Shown: positions 16,342-25,908, counted from the stretch's first letter. The stretch: DNA of 64,000 nucleotides from Myxococcales bacterium (GCA_050288705.1 JBNKEI010000111.1:5872-69871), one strand, 5' to 3'. Numbers and translations: made by a program. The notes: generated from the letters alone by a model not told the origin.

Positions 16342-18132
16342 TCAAGTGCCTGCTAATAAGCTGACTTTGGTCCGGAAAGTTATTTCCGGAATATCAATCA
16401 CCGGCTCCCCGTGGGGCTTGACGATGATTTCCAGGTACTCAGAATTAGGAACAGTTCGAACTATTGTTTCCGGTGTTTTCGGAAACGCTTGTTGGAATAT
16501 ATCGGCAATGGCAATACTAAAAACTCCTTGAATGATTTGATGTTCAGTGCCGGTGGGAATAGCGTCAGCTACAATCTCAATTGTTTTAGCCATTTGCGCA
16601 ATTGCTAGTTGATTAGCAAGCGACTGGGTTGCTTCGGGTGTACCCATTGCATGAGAAGTGCCTCGATACATCATACGAGCTTGCGTTATTATTGCACGGT
16701 CGCGATTAGGAATAGCGCCTAACAGAATAAATCCCGCACGTGCTGCCATGTTTTGCGATTCCAGCGAAACTAACTCTTCGGTGGGAATGGCAACCTGGCC
16801 TCCCTGGTCAGTAATTAGGTGAATTTTTAGGTCGTTGAGAACTCCAAACTGCTGACCAGAGAATTGGAAAGGGTGCCCTTCAGAAAAACTACGCGCTACC
16901 AATGCGGCCAAAACATAAACTCCGTTTGCAAAAACGGTGCGCTGATCAGGCTCGGAAAAAGGCATATTGCGAATACGCGCAGTAGAAGAATTATAAGGAA
17001 GTCGTGCTACCACTTTATTGAGCACACAGCCAACCCACCGCATGGCTTCGCTAGTGCATGTATTTCGAGTGAGAACAGCGCGAGGTTCGGAAGAATTAGT
17101 GAATTGGCTATTGCTTTTGCCCAATCCCAACAAATGATCAAAACCAAGAAGGCTGGCTTTGCCACCTACCAGCAAGGGGGTCATAAGTCGCTGGCTTGCC
17201 ATGGCCCAGTGCTGTAATCGCTGCAACTGTGCAGAATCAGCAACGACAAAAGTATCGACTAAGATAAGGTCAAACAGATTTTCCGGAAAATCAGCAATCT
17301 GGTCGAGATGCGAAGCAATTTCATCCAATGACGAAGACAGAACGCTCACTTGCACGGTATTACCAGAAACATTTTGCAAAAGAAGGCGTATTCCACGCCA
17401 AACTGATTCTAGTCGGTGTATTTCAGGGTGTGCGAGAATAGATAATAATATCGATTGAAATGCTTGTTCTACCAGCTCTAAAGCATTCTTATTACTGGAT
17501 GTTTTTCGTGAAGAACTAGTCGATTCATTCATTTGCTCCGAATCGCCGGGTAGGCAAGCTAGGCGCAGAATTGAGTCCAAAGGATCGGTGGAATGCGAAG
17601 AGGAAGAGCTATTATTTAGTTCTCCCCGAGTGCTCAAGGGAGTACTAGGAACCGAGAAATCCCACAGATGCTCTTCAATTTTTCTAACCCATGACTGGTT
17701 AGAAAGAATTCGTGAAAGCTGGGCAATAATTTCCTCCTTTTCCCATTTTTGTAATTCCCCTTGTTGAAGGATTTTTCGTGCCTCCACAAGGTTTCGGAGA
17801 ATCGGAACTTGCGTCAACCAAGAAGAAGGCAGCAAATCTTTCCATTCAGTCCAGCGAAGATCAATGCGCACAGCACAATTGGAAGGAAAAAACGGGTCCT
17901 CAATATCAATAGCCACAGTGGGAGCAATCGCCTTCATCAGCTCGTCAAAAGAATTAATGTTTACTGAAAAAGGCCCAAATTCTTCCGGCTCGGCAGCACA
18001 ATAATCGGGACGAGGATGAAATTCGCCAACCGCCAGAATTCGAAATATTGGCGTATTGCTGTTCTCATTCATTGAATCTCCAAAATTGTTCGAGTGGCAA
18101 AGCTCCTTCTTTTCGGTCATGATTGCTTCCAT
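16342..18132 (-). CDS. Fused TssB(VipA)-TssC(VipB)-like contractile sheath protein, orphan
   Basis: N-part: FRILAVGEF, VNINSFDELMKAIAPTV, RIDLRWTEWKDLLPSSWLTQVPILRNLVEARKIL (TssB/DUF770 pattern). A Ser-rich linker follows. C-part: AHPEIHRLESVWRGIRLLLQN, VVARLPY, AIPTEELVSLESQNMAARAGFILLG (TssC/DUF877 pattern). The start may be an internal Met (MTEKK or MNENS). Confidence 0.7.
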   Translation of the reverse strand: MEAIMTEKKELCHSNNFGDSMNENSNTPIFRILAVGEFHPRPDYCAAEPEEFGPFSVNINSFDELMKAIAPTVAIDIEDPFFPSNCAVRIDLRWTEWKDLLPSSWLTQVPILRNLVEARKILQQGELQKWEKEEIIAQLSRILSNQSWVRKIEEHLWDFSVPSTPLSTRGELNNSSSSSHSTDPLDSILRLACLPGDSEQMNESTSSSRKTSSNKNALELVEQAFQSILLSILAHPEIHRLESVWRGIRLLLQNVSGNTVQVSVLSSSLDEIASHLDQIADFPENLFDLILVDTFVVADSAQLQRLQHWAMASQRLMTPLLVGGKASLLGFDHLLGLGKSNSQFTNSSEPRAVLTRNTCTSEAMRWVGCVLNKVVARLPYNSSTARIRNMPFSEPDQRTVFANGVYVLAALVARSFSEGHPFQFSGQQFGVLNDLKIHLITDQGGQVAIPTEELVSLESQNMAARAGFILLGAIPNRDRAIITQARMMYRGTSHAMGTPEATQSLANQLAIAQMAKTIEIVADAIPTGTEHQIIQGVFSIAIADIFQQAFPKTPETIVRTVPNSEYLEIIVKPHGEPVIDIPEITFRTKVSLLAGT

Positions 18133-18221
18133 GGGTGTACGTTTTCAACCTTTTATTGACCACTACTTGATCAAAATGACACAATTAGGCCCATTTTTCT
18201 GCCAGAGGAGCCAGTTTTACT

Positions 18222-19334
18222 ATGATTCGTGTAGCGATAGTGGGAGCAACCGGAATAGTTGGGCAGCAGGCCCTAGTAGCATTAGAAAACCACCCTTGGT
18301 TTCTAGTCACTAAGCTGGCGGCCTCCCAGCGATCCGCAGGAAAGACTTACGTTGAGGCCTTGAAAGACCACTCCGGGAGCATGAAGTGGTGGTGTTCAGA
18401 GCCGATTCCCGCTTCGGTAGCTCAGTTGCAGGTAGAAGAAGCTTCTCAGTTAGATGTTAGCGAAGTTGATTTGGTTTTTTCCGCGGTTGACACCGCGGTT
18501 GCCAAAGAATTGGAGCCTCAGTACGCCCAAAGTAAGCCAGTAATTAGTACTGCCTCGGCTTTTCGTTACCAAGAAGACACCCCCATTTTGGTTGGTGGGG
18601 TGAACATGGATCACGCCAGCTTGCTGGCGGTTCAACAAAAAAACCGGGGTTGGAAAGGCTTTATCGCTCCTAAACCCAACTGCACAATTTCCGGACTGGT
18701 GGTTTCTCTCAAGCCCATTCTCGATAGTTTTGGAATTCGGCGAGTAGTGATGACTTCGCTGCAAGCCATGTCTGGTGCAGGAAGAACCCCCGGGTTGTCA
18801 GCCATGGACATGATGGAAAATGTGGTTCCCTACATTCCGGGAGAAGAATCCAAGGCCGAAAGCGAGCCACAGAAGATTCTGGGAATTCTGCAAGAAGCCA
18901 ACGCAAACGCAACCATCGCTCCTGCCTCATTTACCACTTCCGCTACTTGTACCCGGGTTCCGGTATTAGACGGTCATCTGGTTAGCGCAGTGGTAGAAAC
19001 TGAGCAGGCGGCAAGTCCAGAAGAAATTAAGAAGGCGATGACCGAATTTGGGAAGGATTTTATCAATTTAGGATTGCCTAGCTCGCCAAAAAATTTGATC
19101 GAAGTACTAGATGATCCTTTTCGTCCGCAACCTCGACTAGATCGAGAGCGTGGCGGAGGAATGACCACTACGGTAGGTCGTTTGCGGCTAGAATCGGTGC
19201 TTGGTAACGGAATTAAGTACGTCTGCTTGGCGCATAATACCAAGCTGGGAGCCGCTAAAGGAGCTATTCAGACCGCGGAATATCTGGTGAAACATTATTT
19301 GAATTGGGATGTGCCAAAGACAAGGTGTCTATGA
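18222..19334 (+). CDS. asd: Aspartate-semialdehyde dehydrogenase
   Basis: VAIVGATGIVGQ, active-site region KPNCTISG, and a later LDGH motif. Size is 370 aa. Confidence 0.9.
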   Translation: MIRVAIVGATGIVGQQALVALENHPWFLVTKLAASQRSAGKTYVEALKDHSGSMKWWCSEPIPASVAQLQVEEASQLDVSEVDLVFSAVDTAVAKELEPQYAQSKPVISTASAFRYQEDTPILVGGVNMDHASLLAVQQKNRGWKGFIAPKPNCTISGLVVSLKPILDSFGIRRVVMTSLQAMSGAGRTPGLSAMDMMENVVPYIPGEESKAESEPQKILGILQEANANATIAPASFTTSATCTRVPVLDGHLVSAVVETEQAASPEEIKKAMTEFGKDFINLGLPSSPKNLIEVLDDPFRPQPRLDRERGGGMTTTVGRLRLESVLGNGIKYVCLAHNTKLGAAKGAIQTAEYLVKHYLNWDVPKTRCL

Positions 19335-19939
19335 AAGTAGTAGGGCTAACCGGAGGAATTGCCTCGGGAAAGAGTACAGTAGCGCGCATTCTTGCGAGCC
19401 GAAGTATTCCCGTGGTGGACGCCGATAGCCTGAGCCGTGAAGCAATGGCCCCCGGACAGCCCGCATACCAAGACATTATTCATCGCTGGCCAGAAGTAGT
19501 TTCCCCTAGTGGTTCTATTGACCGTGTTCGGTTAGGAACCATTGTTTTTTCCGACCACCAACAATTGCGTGAGCTAACTGACCTGGTTCTTCCTCGCTTA
19601 GCGCAGTTGTACAAATTGCGTAAGCAAGAGTGGGAAAGACAGAATTTTCGCCTTGGCGTTTTTGAGGCGGCCACTCTTTTGGAAGAAAATTTAGAATCGT
19701 TGGTTGACGGAGTCTTATTGGTAGGTGCTTCCGAGCAAAATCAAATACACCGATTAGCCGCGCGCAATAAATATAGCGAACAGGAAGCTCGTGCACGTAT
19801 GGCAGCACAGCTTTCTTGGGAAGAAAAGCTTACCCGGGCTAATTGGTTGCTAGATAACTCCGGTGACCTAAGCTCATTGGAACAAAAAGTTTGGGAGGTT
19901 TGGGAACAAATTTGCAAAGATTTGCTCAAGTCTGACTGA
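19331..19939 (+). CDS. coaE: Dephospho-CoA kinase
   Basis: MKVVGLTGGIASGKSTV P-loop. The ATG overlaps the asd TGA (ATGA). I rejected the longer 19304 start. Confidence 0.9.
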   Translation: MKVVGLTGGIASGKSTVARILASRSIPVVDADSLSREAMAPGQPAYQDIIHRWPEVVSPSGSIDRVRLGTIVFSDHQQLRELTDLVLPRLAQLYKLRKQEWERQNFRLGVFEAATLLEENLESLVDGVLLVGASEQNQIHRLAARNKYSEQEARARMAAQLSWEEKLTRANWLLDNSGDLSSLEQKVWEVWEQICKDLLKSD

Positions 19940-20003
19940 ACTCAAGAAGTGCGCAAATAAGAGACGATGGGTATGTTTCAGGAATGAGACAAAGGGGGAT
20001 GCC

Positions 20004-20855
20004 TTGACCAGCAAACATTGCTCCGAAAGTCTGTCGTCATCTCAGGAAAGCGATAAAAGAGACCAACAAAATGCGGTGCCCTACCGGGAAACTCGTTTTT
20101 CTGAAAATCATGATTCTGCCGCACAAGTAGCCGCGCGAAAAGCCGCCTTGGAGGCATTGCGTTCCGATAGCATTCCTTTCTTGGTGGCTGGCGCCTATGC
20201 CATGCGCGAATATACTGGTATCTATCGTGACACCAAAGATTTAGACATATTTTGTCGACGGGCGGATGCCCCCCAAATTCTTGCAAGTTTGGAAAGAGTT
20301 GGTTTCCGAGTGGAAATGACTGACCAACTTTGGTTGGGCAAAGGATTTGCGGATGACGGAGAATTGGTAGACGTCATTTTTTCTTCCGGAAACGGAGTGG
20401 CCGAAGTAGACGAAAGATGGTTTATCCGCGCCAGGCCGGCAGTGGTAATGGGAGTGCCAGTACTATTAGCCCCTCCGGAGGAAATTATCTGGTCCAAATC
20501 CTATGTAATGGAAAGGGAGCGCTACGATGGGGCCGATGTTCATCACCTACTGCTTTATTGCGCGCAAGATCTGGACTGGTGGTTTTTAATGGAAAGAATG
20601 CGCGAGCACCCGGAAGTTTTGCTGTCACACTTGCTTTTATTCCAGTTCAGCTTTCCAGGAGAGAGAGACAAAATACCTTTATGGGTGATCGACGAGTTGC
20701 TGAACCAAAGTCGTCGCCAAGTTGTACCGGGCGAGGAAGATTTGTGTAGGGGTACGTTGTTATCTAGCTGCCAATACGAAGTTGATATTCGGCGGGGGCT
20801 CAGCGATGCGCGCAGTCGAGAAGTTCCGGCGTGGCAAACCTACCGCAGCGGGTAA
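20004..20855 (+). CDS. Pol-beta-superfamily nucleotidyltransferase-like protein (uncharacterised NTP_transf_5-like)
   Basis: LVAGAYAMREYTGIYRDTKDLDIF fits hG[GS/A]-x(9-14)-DhD. A later VDVIF could supply the third acidic residue. Start uncertain. Confidence 0.5.
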   Translation: MTSKHCSESLSSSQESDKRDQQNAVPYRETRFSENHDSAAQVAARKAALEALRSDSIPFLVAGAYAMREYTGIYRDTKDLDIFCRRADAPQILASLERVGFRVEMTDQLWLGKGFADDGELVDVIFSSGNGVAEVDERWFIRARPAVVMGVPVLLAPPEEIIWSKSYVMERERYDGADVHHLLLYCAQDLDWWFLMERMREHPEVLLSHLLLFQFSFPGERDKIPLWVIDELLNQSRRQVVPGEEDLCRGTLLSSCQYEVDIRRGLSDARSREVPAWQTYRSG

Positions 20856-20861
20856 GAGAGA

Positions 20862-21635
20862 ATGTCGCAAATTTCTCGCAGGCCAGCTAAGAAAACAGAA
20901 AACGAACCAGTGGGAGATGACCCCATACGAATTGCAGCGGTTGGTGATTTACATGCACGCCTAGATCATTCTGGTCGATTGCGGCGATTTCTTCGCGCAG
21001 TCAACGAGGAAGCTGATCTTTTGTTGCTCGCTGGTGATCTAACCCATCGAGGACTGCCAGAAGAGGCGGAACAAATTGTTGAAGAATTATCGGTAGTGAA
21101 GGTTCCCAAAATAGCAGTCTTGGGAAACCATGACTTTGAACAGGGTCGGGCGGGAGAGGTTACCCATGTTTTAACCCGGGGAAAAATTCATGTTTTGGAT
21201 GGCGATTCCTTTGTGTACAAAAAGCGAGTAGGCATAGTTGGAGTAAAAGGATTTTGCGGAGGGTTTGATAAAGCAACCTTGGAGCCTTGGGGAGAACAAA
21301 TAATAAAACAATTCGTATTAGAGGCGGTCAATGAGTCGCTAAAATTAGAAACCGCACTGGCCAGAATACAAGGTATTCCTTTGCGTATAGCGCTTACTCA
21401 TTATGCACCCATTAAAGGCACCGCAAACGGCGAGCATCCGGAAATAATGCCTTTTCTGGGATGTTCCCGGCTGGTAGAGCCCATGGACAAATTTGGCATA
21501 ACCTTGGCGGTCCATGGTCATTGTCATAAGGGGCAGGGGGAAGCAAAAACCCCCCGGGGACAACCGGTGCACAACGTCACCATGGAAGTACTATGGAAAG
21601 AAAAGAAACGCCATTTCCAGGTCTTTGAGGTCTAG
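20862..21635 (+). CDS. Calcineurin-like metallophosphoesterase
   Basis: VGDLHAR, LLAGDLTHRG, LGNHDF, and HGHCH motifs in the canonical order. Confidence 0.85.
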   Translation: MSQISRRPAKKTENEPVGDDPIRIAAVGDLHARLDHSGRLRRFLRAVNEEADLLLLAGDLTHRGLPEEAEQIVEELSVVKVPKIAVLGNHDFEQGRAGEVTHVLTRGKIHVLDGDSFVYKKRVGIVGVKGFCGGFDKATLEPWGEQIIKQFVLEAVNESLKLETALARIQGIPLRIALTHYAPIKGTANGEHPEIMPFLGCSRLVEPMDKFGITLAVHGHCHKGQGEAKTPRGQPVHNVTMEVLWKEKKRHFQVFEV

Positions 21636-21659
21636 ATGACAGTGCACGTCCATTTAAGA

Positions 21660-22283
21660 TTAGCTGCTGCTGCTGCTGTCGGAGTAGCTATGCCTCGATA
21701 CGCTGGTGGCTTGTTCGCTAGAAGTTCGCAGAGTTTTGCCATGCTCTGTTCTGATGGAGTTTTCTGAAGGGGAGCGATTGTAGTACTCGCCAAGTCCTAT
21801 TGCCCTCCACTCTTCCATTCCCAGAGGAGTCGATGGGTCTGTTCTGCTTCCTTCATACCCCGCATCGGTTCCCCTCATAATGTTTTTCGCATGAACCAAT
21901 TCGTGGCCTAAACTTATGAAGGAATCTTCCGAGTTTCCTGGCACTCGACTTGCTTTTCCACTGCTATCAATGCTCATTCCCTGGTCTGGCGACCAATGCG
22001 TCGAAGCGCTGCTGCCCTTCTTGCTTTTTGTAAAAGGCCAAAAACTGCTAGAAGAACCACCCGATTCGGGCCGTGTATACACTGCTCCATGTGGGCCGGC
22101 GTCTCGTATAGTTACGGTTTTTTTTCCTCCTGACGAATAGTGGCTAATATCATCTAGAAGCTTTCTCCCAGACGATCCCTGTTTTATCTGCTGTAGTGCA
22201 CTTGCTGTTTTTTTTCCATAGTTACGGTCTCTACTAGATTCCTCAATACGAATTCCAGGATTGGTGGTTCTAGAAATAGGCAT
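21660..22283 (-). CDS. NleD / peptidase M91-like zinc metalloprotease (effector-type)
   Basis: GHELVHAKNIMRGT (HExxH), EEWRAIGLGEY, and ENSIRTEHGKTLRTS match my recollection of the NleD/M91 core. Ser-rich tail. Start chosen at MPISRTT (22283) rather than the ORF-track 22364. Confidence 0.6.
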   Translation of the reverse strand: MPISRTTNPGIRIEESSRDRNYGKKTASALQQIKQGSSGRKLLDDISHYSSGGKKTVTIRDAGPHGAVYTRPESGGSSSSFWPFTKSKKGSSASTHWSPDQGMSIDSSGKASRVPGNSEDSFISLGHELVHAKNIMRGTDAGYEGSRTDPSTPLGMEEWRAIGLGEYYNRSPSENSIRTEHGKTLRTSSEQATSVSRHSYSDSSSSS

Positions 22284-22528
22284 GTAGATATCCCTTTTTA
22301 TAGATTTCAAAAATTTATTCCAAAAAAGCATAGCGTACGTCATACCGCAATGGAAACATGACATCCTGGAGCCTCGGCTAGCTAAAGAGTGGTGGCGCTT
22401 ACCAAAACTGACGTGGGCTGTTTGAAGTAATCTGTGACGCTTCGCTGTTAATCTGTGCTAGCTTGTGGTATGCACCCATCGCTTGCGATTCAAAACCATA
22501 CCAGGCAAATACTAGAGTGAAACAGCAC

Positions 22529-23542
22529 ATGAGAATCTTATCGGGAGTGCAGCCTTCGGGCAAACTACATTTGGGTAATTATTTTGGTGCTATTCGGCAA
22601 TTCGTGGAGATGCAAAACAAAGGAGAGGCTCTTTATTTCATCGCCGATCTTCACGCCATGACCACCCTAAAAGATGCCGGGGCGTTGCGCCAGTATTCGC
22701 TGGATGTTGCTCTTGATTATCTAGCCTTGGGGCTTGATCCACAGCGTGCCATTCTGTTTCGCCAATCAGACGTGTGTTTTCATTCCGAACTTCTTTGGAT
22801 TCTCAGCACGGTAACCCCCATGGCTCTTTTGGAACGTGGGCATAGTTACAAGGACAAAGTAGCTCGGGGTGTGGCTCCCGACGTAGGCCTTTTTTCTTAT
22901 CCAGTATTAATGGCGGCTGATATTTTGCTGTACCAAAGTGACCAAGTTCCAGTAGGAAAAGATCAAAAACAACATTTAGAATTCACACGTGATATTGCTA
23001 CTAAATTCAATTCTATCTACGTGCAAGGATATAATCCTCAAGATCCCGAAGGTCTTAATGGTAATACTCCGGGAATATTGAGGCTTCCATCTCCGATTAT
23101 TTTGGAGTCTACTGCTACGGTTCCCGGAGTAGATGGACAGAAAATGTCTAAGAGTTATGGTAACGTTATCGAACTATTTGCCGAAGACAAAGTAGTCAAA
23201 AAGCAAATCATGGGCATTGTGACTGATTCTATTCCGGTTGCAGACCCCAAAGATCCTGAAAAAAATACAGTGTATCAATTGCTTAAATTGTTTCTTTCTG
23301 GGCAAGAATTAGCAGAAATAGAGCAAAGCTTTCGCAAAGGCGGGGTAGGGTACGGTGAATATAAAAAAAGATTACTGGCTGCTTTTCATGCCCATTTTGA
23401 CGAGGCGCGACAGCGTAGGGCCGAGTTGCAGCGAAATAAAGGAGTAGTAGAAGAGCTATTGCAGCAAGGGGCAACCCGTGCGTCTAGCATTGCCGCTCCC
23501 TTAATGGAACAGATACGCCGAGCGGTCGGCCTTTCTTTTTAG
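22529..23542 (+). CDS. trpS: Tryptophan--tRNA ligase
   Basis: [21 protein letters not shown] (HIGH-type) and KMSKS. The start is at the internal ATG. Confidence 0.9.
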   Translation: MRILSGVQPSGKLHLGNYFGAIRQFVEMQNKGEALYFIADLHAMTTLKDAGALRQYSLDVALDYLALGLDPQRAILFRQSDVCFHSELLWILSTVTPMALLERGHSYKDKVARGVAPDVGLFSYPVLMAADILLYQSDQVPVGKDQKQHLEFTRDIATKFNSIYVQGYNPQDPEGLNGNTPGILRLPSPIILESTATVPGVDGQKMSKSYGNVIELFAEDKVVKKQIMGIVTDSIPVADPKDPEKNTVYQLLKLFLSGQELAEIEQSFRKGGVGYGEYKKRLLAAFHAHFDEARQRRAELQRNKGVVEELLQQGATRASSIAAPLMEQIRRAVGLSF

Positions 23543-24891
23543 TGCTCATCATGAAATCTTGCCCCCAAAAAAAACGAACGTTATATCTACTGACTTTAGG
23601 CTGCGCAAAGAACCGAGTGGATAGCGAAGTAATGCTCGGAACCATGATGGAGCGCGATTTTGAGTTGGTAGCTCACCCGCAAGAGGCGCAAGTAATTGTG
23701 GTGAATACCTGTGCTTTTGTTCATGACGCCAAGCAAGAATCCATTGACGCAATTCTGGAATTGGCTGAGCTGAAAAAGAAAGGGTGTTGCCAAACTCTAG
23801 TGGTAGCTGGTTGTCTTGCGCAGCGTTATTCTGAAGAACTTTTAAAAGAATTGCCGGAAGTAGATCATTTCCTAGGAACTGGCGCTTATGCGCAATTAGG
23901 AGATTTACTGGCTGATGATAGTGCCCCACGAGCATTTCTTCCCGACCCCGAATATGTTCACGATGCTAATACTCCACGCCTCAACTCTATGCCTTGGTAT
24001 ACAAGTTATATTAAGGTAAGCGAAGGGTGTGACAATGCCTGCGCTTTTTGTATTATTCCCCAAATAAGGGGACCGCAGCGCTCGCGTCCCATCGAAGATA
24101 TTGTAGCTGAAATGCGGCAATTGGCAGACAGCGGATGCGTAGAATTCAATTTAGTGGCTCAAGACTTGACGGCGTATGGACATGATTTGCCAAATCGACC
24201 AAAACTGCACACTCTTCTACGTGAAATTTGTGCGATTGATGGACCACAATGGATACGTTTACACTATGCCTATCCGCGAGATTTTCCTGATGAACTAATC
24301 AATGTAATCGCGGAAGAAGATAAAATTGTTAAATACCTCGATATTCCTATTCAGCATATCAATGATAATCTCTTGCGCCGTATGCGTAGGGGGAATGATT
24401 CTATTTTTATTCGAAATCTGTTGTCAAAACTCAGGGCTCGAATACCTAAAATAGTATTACGGACGTCGTTAATAGTTGGATTGCCTGGCGAGAGTGAAGA
24501 AGAATTCCAAGAATTGTTGGATTTTGTGAGAGAACAGAAGTTCGAACGATTAGGATGCTTTGAATACAGTGCCGAGGAAGGAACGCTTGCCGCACAAATG
24601 GAAGGGCAAATTTCCGCAAAAACAATCGCTAGAAGGCGTCGCGAGATTATGGCATTGCAGCGCAAGATTAGTCGGGACCAAAATCGTACCTATCAGGGGC
24701 AGCGAATTCCGGTGCTGGTAGAAGGAGTGTCGCCAGAAAGTGAGCATCTTCTGGTAGGTCGGCATTCTGGCCAATCTCCAGAAGTTGATGGAGTTGTTTA
24801 CCTAAATGACGGCGAGGCGCATCCAGGTGAAATCGTCGAGGTGGAAATCACTCAGACTGCTGAATACGATTTAGTAGGGCATGTGGCGTGA
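23542..24891 (+). CDS. rimO: Ribosomal protein S12 methylthiotransferase RimO (MiaB-family radical SAM)
   Basis: [27 protein letters not shown], and a C-terminal TRAM-like domain. The start may be the ATG at 23551. Confidence 0.85.
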   Translation: MLIMKSCPQKKRTLYLLTLGCAKNRVDSEVMLGTMMERDFELVAHPQEAQVIVVNTCAFVHDAKQESIDAILELAELKKKGCCQTLVVAGCLAQRYSEELLKELPEVDHFLGTGAYAQLGDLLADDSAPRAFLPDPEYVHDANTPRLNSMPWYTSYIKVSEGCDNACAFCIIPQIRGPQRSRPIEDIVAEMRQLADSGCVEFNLVAQDLTAYGHDLPNRPKLHTLLREICAIDGPQWIRLHYAYPRDFPDELINVIAEEDKIVKYLDIPIQHINDNLLRRMRRGNDSIFIRNLLSKLRARIPKIVLRTSLIVGLPGESEEEFQELLDFVREQKFERLGCFEYSAEEGTLAAQMEGQISAKTIARRRREIMALQRKISRDQNRTYQGQRIPVLVEGVSPESEHLLVGRHSGQSPEVDGVVYLNDGEAHPGEIVEVEITQTAEYDLVGHVA

Positions 24892-25050
24892 GGCGGACAA
24901 TGCAAGTCTATTTAGATTAGCTGCTGTTGGAATCATTGTGTTCATAATAAAATCGAATCAAATGTTAGAAAAGGGTATTCAAAAAAATTAGATCGATTAT
25001 ATATCATTCTTTCTAGTAGCGATTCTGAGTCGACTAAGTTTTATAACGAA

Positions 25051-25416
25051 TTGAAAAAGACATTATCCTCGAGTTTAAAAAAGCGATCAGTAGCTGGTTC
25101 TATTCATGTGTATGATACGCTTGGGCTTGATGAGAAAAAAACCATTGATTCAGAAATTCGGTCGTTTCAACCAAATCATGTTCTCAGTATTGTTCAAATT
25201 GGTAAAGAAACTCATATACATAATGGGATCTCAATGGATGTTGGCGCCTCATTTAATATGGTGCTCTGTGAGTCGAAGTGTGAGGGAGCTGTTTGGAGAG
25301 CAACTTTGAAAACTTCGGTAGATACCTTATCAACGAATGGAATTGGTTCCGCTGATTCCGTTGCCGCGAAAATTCTGGGGAGCCTTGAGAAAGACGGCCT
25401 TATTATTCCTGGTTAA
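25051..25416 (+). CDS. Hypothetical protein in an AT-rich patch (TTG start; possibly a 5'-truncated gene)
   Basis: The frame is open ~135 nt upstream of the TTG without any ATG or GTG. It is followed by a clean intrinsic terminator. Confidence 0.35.
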   Translation: MKKTLSSSLKKRSVAGSIHVYDTLGLDEKKTIDSEIRSFQPNHVLSIVQIGKETHIHNGISMDVGASFNMVLCESKCEGAVWRATLKTSVDTLSTNGIGSADSVAAKILGSLEKDGLIIPG

Positions 25417-25464
25417 GAAGTGGAAAGACTGCCGTCGCTGGAAAGCGAGCATTTCGGTAGGTCG

Positions 25465-25498
25465 GGAGCGAGACTAATCTCGCTCCTTTTTATTTTTT
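25465..25498 (+). terminator. Rho-independent terminator
   Basis: ggagcgaga-ctaa-tctcgctcc stem-loop followed by tttttatttttt. Confidence 0.65.
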
Positions 25499-25503
25499 GT
25501 GTT

Positions 25504-25908
25504 CTAATTTCTTCGTTCGGACCTAATTTCTGATGATTCAAACCGATGCGACAGAGCAATAATTTGCGAATCGCGTTCCGCCAGTTGAGAAGCTAAACGC
25601 ATACATCGAAGGCTCAGCTCCATCTCTTTTTCTACCAGCGTGGCTATTTTTTGATCCTTTCTTTTGTTTTCTAATTTCAGAGAACGAATCTCCTGATCCT
25701 TTTGAATATTCTGTTCACGAATCAGAGCATTTTCTTTGTCCATCGATGATGTGTAAGAGCGCAGTTTCTCTGACTCGTTAGATTGCTCGGAAAGCTCGTA
25801 TTTTAGTTCACGTAGCTCAATCTCGAGTTGATTAGCCTCTTTGCGAAGCACTTCTATTTCAGCGACATCGATAGAGATACTTTCAAAATCCATTTTGTCG
25901 CTCAACAT
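25504..25908 (-). CDS. Coiled-coil protein (hypothetical), last gene of the hydrogenase/signalling operon
   Basis: Heptad-rich, charged sequence (EIEVLRKEANQLEIELRELKYEL...). Start chosen at MLSDKMDF, with a G-rich RBS upstream. The ORF-track start (26025) would overlap the upstream kinase. Confidence 0.5.
   Translation of the reverse strand: MLSDKMDFESISIDVAEIEVLRKEANQLEIELRELKYELSEQSNESEKLRSYTSSMDKENALIREQNIQKDQEIRSLKLENKRKDQKIATLVEKEMELSLRCMRLASQLAERDSQIIALSHRFESSEIRSERRN

Noticed and set aside
21655-21680. Shared agattagctgctg motif at 21658 and 24914 as evidence for a duplicated gene end.
   Set aside because: Only ~13 bp are shared, which is too short to call homology by eye. I mention it only as a hint under the AT-rich patch finding.
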